NCBI GenBank assembly: GCA_964353745.1
Contig: CAYGWD010000002.1
Location: 1 to 61,705 of the forward strand
Length of the DNA stretch: 61,705 nucleotides
Direction: 5' to 3'
Source: an uncultured archaeon
GTDB lineage: Archaea; Aenigmatarchaeota; Aenigmatarchaeia; Aenigmatarchaeales; Aenigmatarchaeaceae
Part shown: positions 1 to 7,456 of the stretch, in pieces
Layout: every line of letters begins with the position of its first letter
Numbering within the stretch: the stretch's first letter is position 1
The notes under the pieces: model-generated
What the model was told of the DNA's origin: nothing
What the model saw: the letters and a program-made list of their open reading frames with translations, nothing else
Database searches by the model: none
Position numbers and translations under genes: made by a program

Positions 1-158
1 AAGTGCGGTTATTCTGAGACAAGGACGAAATAATTTTTCACCGTCTTATATGAAATTTCGCTAATGTTGGATTAAATAGGTGGCGGTTAATTTCTTTAAT
101 ACTAGGAAATAAGAAATAGATAGGATTATAAAGACTAGATTATTACTTTTACTAAAAA

Positions 159-491
159 TCAAATATCTATTACCATAACTCCTCTGATTTTTGCTTCATT
201 TGGAAAGTATCGCATACCATATTGCACTCCATCTATATAAAATTTGTTTGGTTTGCCATCCCACCCACTAAGGTATTTCAGTTTTCCTTTATCAGAATAA
301 AAATCTAAACCTATAATTTGACCATTTTTCCTTACAAATTCATCAATAGCTTCAGCATCGCTTATTTTAAACTTTTTAGATTTTCGGAAACCGAGTATAG
401 TCTTATCAACAAAAACCCTTACTTTTTCTTTTAAAGTATAACCACCTTTATTTTTTAAGGTTTCCGAAACACTTCTTACAGTAACGCTCAT
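159..491 (-). CDS. hypothetical protein (110 aa)
   Basis: Open frame only; no motif recognised. Confidence 0.35.
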   Translation of the reverse strand: MSVTVRSVSETLKNKGGYTLKEKVRVFVDKTILGFRKSKKFKISDAEAIDEFVRKNGQIIGLDFYSDKGKLKYLSGWDGKPNKFYIDGVQYGMRYFPNEAKIRGVMVIDI

Positions 492-893
492 AAAAATAGT
501 ATAAAAGTAAGCAATTTAAACATATTTTTCTAGTATCACTTCCTTTAACTTATATCTATTTAACCAATTTCAACGAATATGAAAATAACCCAGTGAAACT
601 CCCGGGTGACTTTTTATAATCTTAGATTTAAATAATTCTAGAAAGTAAGGTATTATTATGAAAAATAAAAAAACTGCACCAAGAAAATCAAATCATGAGC
701 TTCATGAAGAAACAGAAGTGGATGATAGGTCAGAAGGCGAGAAGGCAGCGGATCGTGAAGTTGAAATGAGAGAAGAAGATACAAATTCATCAGATTAGAT
801 GTTCTTTTAATTATTCTTCAAACATAGGTCTTTGCCATTTTTGGATATTTTTCTCGAGGCTAGTTTTTTAAATTTCTTCTCTCTAATTAATTC

Positions 894-1499
894 ATGACAA
901 ACGAAGTCTACGAACCAAGGGAAGATTCGTTTCTGCTTGAAAAATATGTGAAAAAATTCGCAAGAGGTTTTGTTCTGGACATTGGCACAGGCTCTGGAAT
1001 ACAGGCAAAAGCTGCTGCAGAAAAAGCGGATTTTGTGATAGGTGTTGACATAAACCAAAAAGCATTAGATTTCTGCAACCGTTTCAAGTCAGACAAGATG
1101 TTATTTCTCGAATCCGACTTGTTCTCCTTTTTCGAAAAGAAATTTGTAAATCCAAGTAATGGTTCATTTAATATAGCTGACGCAAAAAGCAACTGTCTCA
1201 ATAAGTTTGACACGATAATCTTCAACCCACCATACCTTCCCGAGGACGAGAGTGACAGGAACATCGCGTTGGATGGCGGTAAAAAGGGATATGAAACTAT
1301 TGAAAGGTTCTTGAATAAAGCAAAAAAATTTCTTGCGGAAGACGGACTGATTCTTATTGTATTCTCTTCGTTAACAGATAAGGAAAAGATAGACAGATTG
1401 ATTCAGGAGAACGGTTTCATAGATGAAGAACTGGAAAGGGTTCACGTTTCCTTTGAGGATATCTATTGTTATAAGATAACCGCTAAAACATCAAAATAA
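894..1499 (+). CDS. HemK-related / Mtq2-type NPPY methyltransferase
   Basis: SAM loop DIGTGSGI and catalytic FNPPY motif; ~200 aa as in archaeal HemK-related methylases. Confidence 0.75.
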   Translation: MTNEVYEPREDSFLLEKYVKKFARGFVLDIGTGSGIQAKAAAEKADFVIGVDINQKALDFCNRFKSDKMLFLESDLFSFFEKKFVNPSNGSFNIADAKSNCLNKFDTIIFNPPYLPEDESDRNIALDGGKKGYETIERFLNKAKKFLAEDGLILIVFSSLTDKEKIDRLIQENGFIDEELERVHVSFEDIYCYKITAKTSK

Positions 1500-1515
1500 A
1501 TAATAATGAAGTTCT

Positions 1516-1995
1516 TTGCTGGGAAAGTATTTAAATTTTAGTTTTAAAACTTCTTTTATGAGGAAAAGAGCTTTTATCTGTAGCAGTTTGCGTACTCTTG
1601 AAATAAGAGAGGAAAATGAAAAAATAGCAACTGTGACAAATGAGACTGGTTTTGATTTGTATCTACCACAGAGAGGACTTCCTTATGGTGTAGTTAAAGA
1701 CCCGAAATTAATTTTTGAAACAAATTGCAGAGAAATCGATAAATCATATTTTATGATAGTGAACACAAACGGACTTTTGTATAGCGAAGAGAAAATAAAA
1801 GGAAATTCATTAAGTAGAAACATAATAGAAGGAGCAGGAGTTGAATTTGAATGGGGATATGGAAGTGGAAAAAGAAAACCAATAGTTGTTTATTCCACAG
1901 TATCGGATGCTCCATTTCCTAGAAATTTTACTACGCATACCTTGGAGGAGCTAAGACAAAAACTGCTTGAGATAGCTGAAAAAGGATTTAAATAA
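1516..1995 (+). CDS. hypothetical protein
   Basis: Open frame; start uncertain (alternative ATG near 1558). Confidence 0.4.
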   Translation: MLGKYLNFSFKTSFMRKRAFICSSLRTLEIREENEKIATVTNETGFDLYLPQRGLPYGVVKDPKLIFETNCREIDKSYFMIVNTNGLLYSEEKIKGNSLSRNIIEGAGVEFEWGYGSGKRKPIVVYSTVSDAPFPRNFTTHTLEELRQKLLEIAEKGFK

Positions 1996-2016
1996 TATCA
2001 AAATTTAATTCTGTTT

Positions 2017-2058
2017 ATGATTTGCCTAGGTTTGGAATCAACTTATAGAAGTAAATAA
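2017..2058 (+). pseudogene. decayed 5' remnant of kae1 (MICLGLE then unrelated sequence and stop)
   Basis: ATG ATT TGC CTA GGT TTG GAA encodes the canonical Kae1 N-terminus MICLGLE. TTTGCCTAGG is shared with the functional copy at 3509-3518. Homology ends after GAA (2037). Confidence 0.6.
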
Positions 2059-2075
2059 ATTATATAAAATTCTAA

Positions 2076-3503
2076 ATGCTAATATTGTCTGAAGGTGAAA
2101 AATTGTCTGAAAAGTATATAGAATTTAAATTAACCGACTTGCCAATAAATGAGTTTTGTATTCTTTTGGAACCCGATGTGCAAAGGAAGTTAATAGAAGA
2201 ATCTGCAGTTAAAATAGCTAAAAAAACAGGAAGAGAATACGGGAAAGTCAAAGATTTAGCAAGATATCTTAAGAATAGGTGTGAAAGTCTCTCTGAGATA
2301 AAAGTAGAATCGCTATGGAACCAGTACATTAGATTATGGAAAATTAATAGAATGTTTATCCCAATTGATTGCATTATTGAATTATGTAAACTGACCAATC
2401 AGAATTCTGAAAAAATTAAAAAACATATTATTAGGCTAAAGCACATAACGGGAAGAAATCATTCTTCAATATCGTTCAATTTCCTTTATGATGAGACCAT
2501 AGCTGGTTTGGGAGAATTGATAAAGTGTGAAGGTCATCTTAAGAAAAATTTAAGACAGTTTAGCTTGGAAAATGCGAGCGTAGACCTGATAAATCACTTT
2601 AAATCACTTCTAAAAGAGTTAGGCGTGAAAAATAAATATGAGTTGTTGAAGGTTGAGACGGACATACCAAAGAAGGCTATTATTAGAAAGGTTCTAATCA
2701 AAGGTAAAGAGATCAGGTTTTATACCAGGTTCAATAAATCTGGAAAAAGAAAGGTTATGTTCCATGACAAATTCAAGTATGGAACTAGAAAGGAATATGC
2801 TATAATAACTGATAGTAATGCGATAAAAGTTGCTGTAAAGATACCATTTAGATTAAACATAACGGCAGAAAGCACTTACGGAATTTCGAGTTCGTCTATC
2901 CATATAGATGTTACAAACATCACATTATCAAAAATTTTACACTTGCTTACAAATGTTCCAAGCGGAAAAAAGTCAAAGATTATTGAGTTTTGTCCGTTAC
3001 TTGGATTATCCCCTTTAATTGTGAAAAGAGAGGCTATAAATGTTATTTTTGCTTCTGAGTGCTGGTTGGAAGGAAATAGGATTCGTATATGCTTGAATAG
3101 TTTAGATTACGTTAAGGATATTTATAGCCTGCTTAAAGGGTTTGGAATGAACCCAATTTTAAGCGATTATAATTATCTTTCAATAAATACTTGGAGAGAC
3201 CTAGAGATATTTGATAAAAATTTTAATTTAATAATTAGCGAGAAGGAATTAAAACTCAAAGAGATGATATCGAATAAGAAGAACTTTAAACATGGAGAAG
3301 GGTTATCAGAAATTCTCAATTTCATAAAAGAAAAAAAATCTGTCTCTGTGAAGGAAATATCATCGAAATTTAACAAAAGTAAAGATGATATATGGCAGCA
3401 TCTCAAGAATGGCGAAAAACAGAATCTTATAGCGAAAAATACAAACTTCTGGCCGTATAGATATTCTTTAACAGAAGGAGGTGAATCATCTCTTGAAAGA
3501 TAA
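2076..3503 (+). CDS. free-standing double-motif LAGLIDADG homing-endonuclease-like protein with C-terminal winged-helix-like region
   Basis: Motifs IAGLGELIKCEGH and FASECWLEGN (acidic residue followed by Gly at the LAGLIDADG positions); C-terminal KKSVSVKEISSKFNKSKDDIWQHLKNGEKQNLI resembles a wHTH; stop overlaps the kae1 start by 11 nt. Confidence 0.6.
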   Translation: MLILSEGEKLSEKYIEFKLTDLPINEFCILLEPDVQRKLIEESAVKIAKKTGREYGKVKDLARYLKNRCESLSEIKVESLWNQYIRLWKINRMFIPIDCIIELCKLTNQNSEKIKKHIIRLKHITGRNHSSISFNFLYDETIAGLGELIKCEGHLKKNLRQFSLENASVDLINHFKSLLKELGVKNKYELLKVETDIPKKAIIRKVLIKGKEIRFYTRFNKSGKRKVMFHDKFKYGTRKEYAIITDSNAIKVAVKIPFRLNITAESTYGISSSSIHIDVTNITLSKILHLLTNVPSGKKSKIIEFCPLLGLSPLIVKREAINVIFASECWLEGNRIRICLNSLDYVKDIYSLLKGFGMNPILSDYNYLSINTWRDLEIFDKNFNLIISEKELKLKEMISNKKNFKHGEGLSEILNFIKEKKSVSVKEISSKFNKSKDDIWQHLKNGEKQNLIAKNTNFWPYRYSLTEGGESSLER

Positions 3504-4492
3504 AACGTTTTGCCTAGGCATCGAAGGTACTGCTCTAGTTTGCCTGCAGAAATACTTTTGGTGTCGGTATTGCTGATGATAAGGGAAACATTCTAGCCAA
3601 TGAAAAATCAATGTACAAACCTCCTCTAGGGAAGGGAATAATACCTCGTGATGCCGCTGACCATCATTCTGAAAATGCAATGACGGTTCTAAGAAAAGCT
3701 TTAGAGAAAGTTAATTTAAAAATGAGCGATATTGATATAATCGCCTTCTCTCAAGGGCCTGGCTTGCCACAGTCGCTTCGCGTTACCGCGGTTTTTGCTA
3801 GAACATTGTCTTTGAAAAATAATAAACCTTTAATTCCAGTTTGTCATCCTATTGGGCATATCGAAATAGGTAAGTTAACAACAGGTGTCAAAGATCCTAT
3901 AATTGTTTATCTAAGCGGTGCTAACACCCAAATAATTGCTCATCTTGAAGGTCGATATCGAATAATAGGCGAGACAGAAAATCTTCCTTTGGGCAATGCT
4001 ATTGATATGTTAGCTAGGGAATTAAATTTACCTATGCCAGGCGGACCCGAAATCGAAAAGCTGGCATTAAGAGGAAATTACATAAATCTTCCATATACTG
4101 TTAAAGGTTGTGATTTAAGTTATTCTGGTATTTTAACAGAAGCAGTAAAGAAATATAATCAAGGCGTTAAAGCAGAAGACGTTGCCTATTCTTTTCAAGA
4201 GACTTGTTTTGCCATGCTAGCAGAAGTGACAGAGAGAGCTATTGCCCATACCGATAAGGAAGAAGTTCTACTTGTAGGTGGAGTGGCTGCCAATAAAAGA
4301 CTGCAGGAGATGCTAAGGATTATGACAGAGGAGAGAGGAGCAAAGTTTTTTGTTGTTCCTCAGGAATATGCAGGCGACAACGGTTCAATGATTGCTTGGA
4401 CAGGAATTCTCGCGTATCAGAAAGGTTATAAAACCACTATCGAGGACAGTCATATCAAACAAAAATGGAGAGTAGACGAAGTGGAATGGTAA
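3493..4492 (+). CDS. kae1: tRNA N6-adenosine threonylcarbamoyltransferase Kae1 (KEOPS), interrupted by a 16-nt putative BHB intron (exon 1 3493..3535, exon 2 3552..4492)
   Basis: Exon 1 (TTG start 9 nt after GGAGGTGA) gives KDKTFCLGIEGTA; exon 2 continues (H)TFGVGIADD. Full-length similarity to archaeal Kae1 (SQGPG, VGGVAAN, GDNGSMIAW). The two parts are in different frames unless 16 nt are removed. Confidence 0.8.
3536..3551 (+). other. putative 16-nt bulge-helix-bulge (archaeal endonuclease-type) intron in kae1
   Basis: hBHBh' fold: helix 3522-3529/3553-3560, central helix 3530-3533/3546-3549, bulges 3534-3536 and 3550-3552, inner helix 3537-3538/3544-3545. The exact junction within the bulges is not determinable from sequence. 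Confidence 0.6.
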
Positions 4493-4543
4493 TGCGCATT
4501 TTAGAGTGTGCATCTCTAATATTTCAGTGTTTCTGCTGCGAAA

Positions 4544-4564
4544 GTTCAAATCCGGTCCCCTGCA
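4544..4564 (+). repeat. tRNA 3'-end-like repeat, copy A (GTTCAAATCCGGTCCCCTGCA)
   Basis: T-loop TTCAAAT plus T-stem 3' strand plus acceptor 3' strand plus discriminator A; no matching T-stem 5' strand or tRNA body upstream. Confidence 0.6.
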
Positions 4565-4600
4565 CTAATGATGTTCTTCACAGCTGACCTGGGGACGGCA

Positions 4601-5323
4601 TTAAGTTCTTATTACAGATTCAACATCAGAAGGAGAATATTTTAGAAATTTTGCTTTCATAATACATTTCAAAGCTTCAGTTGGTCTCACATTATCTTTA
4701 AACCTAAACATCCTTTCATCAAACTCTTCCAAACTATTTGCATCATAGACTAAATTAAAAGTGTAAAGAGGTTTACCGCCAGAAAATCTCAGTTTGTCTA
4801 CAGTTTCAATATAAAGCATCGTCCATTTCCTATCCTCTTCTCTGCTTTTGCTTGAATGACCCCAAATAACACAAGGACTGCCAGCAACAGTCATGTATGT
4901 TGGACAATCTGTTTTAAAACCTTCTCTGGTTAAATGAGTTTTTTCTGGGAATGGACAATTTACTAAAAGTTCTCTTTTTCCTTCATAATTTTTAGATACC
5001 TCAATCACATCATCAAAGCTATGCTCTTCTTTACAGGACAGACATGCCTTATCAGCTTCGTCTATATTATTTTCTGGTTTTGACCTTTGCTTTCTATCTC
5101 TTAACCAATAATCAAAATCCTTTTCTTCTGTTCTATCGGTTCCATATTTTAATAATGTTTGAACATCACCATACTGAAGCATGCGAAAAACATTATTACC
5201 ATTAAAAATTCCTTGTCTTTCTAATTCATCCAAAATTCTATTTCCTATTCTTTCTATAAGAAATCTATCTACAGTAACAACTAAAGTATTATTATGTTTG
5301 TAAGATTTCATAAGATGCTCCAT
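4601..5323 (-). CDS. hypothetical protein (240 aa, several Cys/His clusters)
   Basis: Long open frame; no family recognised. Confidence 0.5.
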   Translation of the reverse strand: MEHLMKSYKHNNTLVVTVDRFLIERIGNRILDELERQGIFNGNNVFRMLQYGDVQTLLKYGTDRTEEKDFDYWLRDRKQRSKPENNIDEADKACLSCKEEHSFDDVIEVSKNYEGKRELLVNCPFPEKTHLTREGFKTDCPTYMTVAGSPCVIWGHSSKSREEDRKWTMLYIETVDKLRFSGGKPLYTFNLVYDANSLEEFDERMFRFKDNVRPTEALKCIMKAKFLKYSPSDVESVIRT

Positions 5324-5354
5324 TAGATTAAGTTATTCTAAAATCTTTAAATTT

Positions 5355-5543
5355 TTGATTAGTGATATTCTAATTATGTCATATACACAAACTTTACAAC
5401 CAATAAAAGATGAAATGGCTATATTGAAAAGGGAGAGCCCTTTTGAAGCTATGAAATATGAAATGACCATGTTAAGAAAAGAGAGTCCTTTGGAAGCTCT
5501 TAGGAAATATGTAAGACAACTTAGAAAGGAGATGGAAAGATGA
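5355..5543 (+). CDS. small hypothetical protein with internal tandem repeat
   Basis: Two ~16-aa units EMAILKRESPFEAMKY / EMTMLRKESPLEALRKY. Confidence 0.3.
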   Translation: MISDILIMSYTQTLQPIKDEMAILKRESPFEAMKYEMTMLRKESPLEALRKYVRQLRKEMER

Positions 5544-5574
5544 TGAAAGAAGAAAACCGTAGGTTGTCCTTTTT

Positions 5575-5595
5575 CTTCAAATCCGGCCCTCCGCA
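5575..5595 (+). repeat. tRNA 3'-end-like repeat, copy B (CTTCAAATCCGGCCCTCCGCA)
   Basis: Same family as copies A, C and D; preceded by an 8-bp hairpin, 5549-5556/5571-5578. Confidence 0.6.
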
Positions 5596-5652
5596 CAGCG
5601 AGTGTTCTGTTTAAACTATATTTTTATCTTATAATAACATCTTATCTTAATT

Positions 5653-6345
5653 ATGAAAACATTGAATGCTGTCATAATCATACTCTTTACAACGGCTGTT
5701 CTAATGCTAGGATTGATAGAGACCTTTAACGCATTCAAGGAGAGTTCCAGAACAGATGACTTGAAAAATATTTCTATGAATCCGAAGGATTATCTGAGCA
5801 AATCGATTATGTTGATAGGCAACGTCTACCAACCAATGGTTCTTTTTGACTACAGGAACAACGGTATAAGGTATGCCATCTCCCAGGAGAATAGTCAAGG
5901 CTTTTACCACATGAACCTGAACTCGTACAACGGTGGTTGGGTAGAGCCAGGAACCTACAGGATGAGAGGCATTGTTAATTACGTCGATATCTGCATCTGC
6001 GACTATAGGTGCGTTGACTACATTGGCAACTGCGTTTACACCTATGAAAACCTTTATTCGCCGAAACTAACCGTGAGTGATTTCAAAACGAACCTAACCT
6101 CTGATGATATCAAGGACGACTGGTATCCTAACTATGACTCTTATTCCAAGGTTATTGATTACTTGTGTCCCGTTAATAGAAGGGACTATTTCGAGTGCAG
6201 CTACGATAGGAAGAACACTTTTGACGCGTTTAACTTTCAGTGGCAAAGTGCTGGCGGCATATTCTACAAGGAGTATAGATGCAGGCCTGACAGTATGGAG
6301 AGGGTCTATTACGTTGATGCCACCGGGCCGATGGTAAGGATTTAA
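5653..6345 (+). CDS. N-terminally anchored/secreted Cys- and Tyr-rich protein
   Basis: N-terminal hydrophobic helix; many Cys in the mature part. Confidence 0.5.
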   Translation: MKTLNAVIIILFTTAVLMLGLIETFNAFKESSRTDDLKNISMNPKDYLSKSIMLIGNVYQPMVLFDYRNNGIRYAISQENSQGFYHMNLNSYNGGWVEPGTYRMRGIVNYVDICICDYRCVDYIGNCVYTYENLYSPKLTVSDFKTNLTSDDIKDDWYPNYDSYSKVIDYLCPVNRRDYFECSYDRKNTFDAFNFQWQSAGGIFYKEYRCRPDSMERVYYVDATGPMVRI

Positions 6346-6370
6346 TTCTAGGATAGATTATATTATAGTT

Positions 6371-7456
6371 ATGAAAGGCGTCTCGGAGTTCGTACTAGTA
6401 TTGTTAATTTTGATTATCGCAATCGCGTCGATATTGGTGTTGTGGCTTTTTTATAACAGCATGTTTGGTTCTGTCACAATGTCGGAGGACACTTCCTCCT
6501 TGGGCGAAGCCTTATCATCCTGCATGAAGATTGACTCCGCCAGGGATAACAAAATTTATTTAAGAAACTGTGGTTCCGGAGTAATAAAAAATGACACCTT
6601 AAAAGTCTACTTTGACGAAGAACCAGTTAAATTTAGCATGGCACCGCAATCTTTAGGTAAAGGAGAGGTAGGAACTGTAAGTTTAACCAATTTAAATCTT
6701 TTTTATAAAGGTGTAGGAGAGAATTATAAGATAAGAATTACAAGTCCTTCTGGATATGTTGAAAGATATGTAAAAACTACTTTGCCAAGTTCTTGTATCC
6801 TTTATTTTAATTTTGACGAGGGCACTGGGACAATTGCTCACGATTCTTCGGGTCACGGAAACGATGGAGTTTTGCACAATGGAACTGAGGTATGTTCTAA
6901 TGGCTATTGCCCTAAGTGGGTCGATGGAAAATTTGGAAAAGCCTTAGATTTTGATGGGTTGGGAGATTTTGTAGAAGCTACAGACATTCCAAATAGTTCT
7001 TTGACTATAATGGCATGGGTTTATCCAAAACAAATTTCAGGTGCCCAAAGAGCCATAGTTTCAAAATGGAGATACCCTACTCAAAGTGATTACGAATGGA
7101 TGTTCCGCTTAGAATATAAAGGGTCTGGCATTAGCGAATTTCAATTTTTCACTGTTGATCAAGATCCAGCATGGAGAAAGTATTATATTCCATTAAATAA
7201 ATGGTCTCATTTCGCTGTTGCCTATGATAGAGAAAATGTAGATGCTGAATTTTACTCGAATCTTGAACCAATAGGTAACTATTGGAATGGTGGGAAAACT
7301 AGAAACACTACACAACCAGTTAGAGTAGGTGCACAAGGAACTGGAGGTGGCAGCGATGGAGATTATTTCAATGGAACAATAGATGAGGTAAGGATTTATA
7401 ATGAAGTTTTAACACCTGACAATGCTCTGACATTAACATTAGTAGAACTAACTTAA
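6371..7456 (+). CDS. type IV pilin-like (class III signal peptide) protein with LamG/ConA-like lectin domain
   Basis: MKG|VSEFVLVLLILIIAI prepilin-like N-terminus. LamG_3-type motifs FDEGTGTIAHDSSGHGNDG, KFGKALDFDG, FNGTIDEVRIYN. Confidence 0.6.
   Translation: MKGVSEFVLVLLILIIAIASILVLWLFYNSMFGSVTMSEDTSSLGEALSSCMKIDSARDNKIYLRNCGSGVIKNDTLKVYFDEEPVKFSMAPQSLGKGEVGTVSLTNLNLFYKGVGENYKIRITSPSGYVERYVKTTLPSSCILYFNFDEGTGTIAHDSSGHGNDGVLHNGTEVCSNGYCPKWVDGKFGKALDFDGLGDFVEATDIPNSSLTIMAWVYPKQISGAQRAIVSKWRYPTQSDYEWMFRLEYKGSGISEFQFFTVDQDPAWRKYYIPLNKWSHFAVAYDRENVDAEFYSNLEPIGNYWNGGKTRNTTQPVRVGAQGTGGGSDGDYFNGTIDEVRIYNEVLTPDNALTLTLVELT

Noticed and set aside
2038-3525. One large archaeal intron (carrying the LAGLIDADG ORF) joining MICLGLE at 2017-2037 to GTA... 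at 3526
   Set aside because: The only pairing between the two boundaries is the self-complementary duplicated CCTAGG region (2023-2031 with 3512-3520). This gives a continuous helix without the two 3-nt bulges of a BHB motif. The 16-nt frame problem would also remain. A duplicated, decayed 5' end explains the data better.
4544-4564. Complete tRNA genes at the four GTTCAAATCC...GCA sites (4544, 5575, 27207, 41541)
   Set aside because: The T-stem 5' strand does not pair (for example GCTAG against CCTGC). There is no D-arm or anticodon arm upstream, where the sequence is a CDS or promoter. The complementary 5' acceptor strand is also absent nearby. Candidate downstream partners for a permuted tRNA (27241-27249, 4591-4598) lack any D-arm-like continuation.
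5333-5596. Apparent protein homology MRRAGFE shared by ORFs 5333..5596 and 26866..27255
   Set aside because: It is an artefact of translating the reverse complement of the tRNA-like repeat. The real OB-fold gene starts at 27153.
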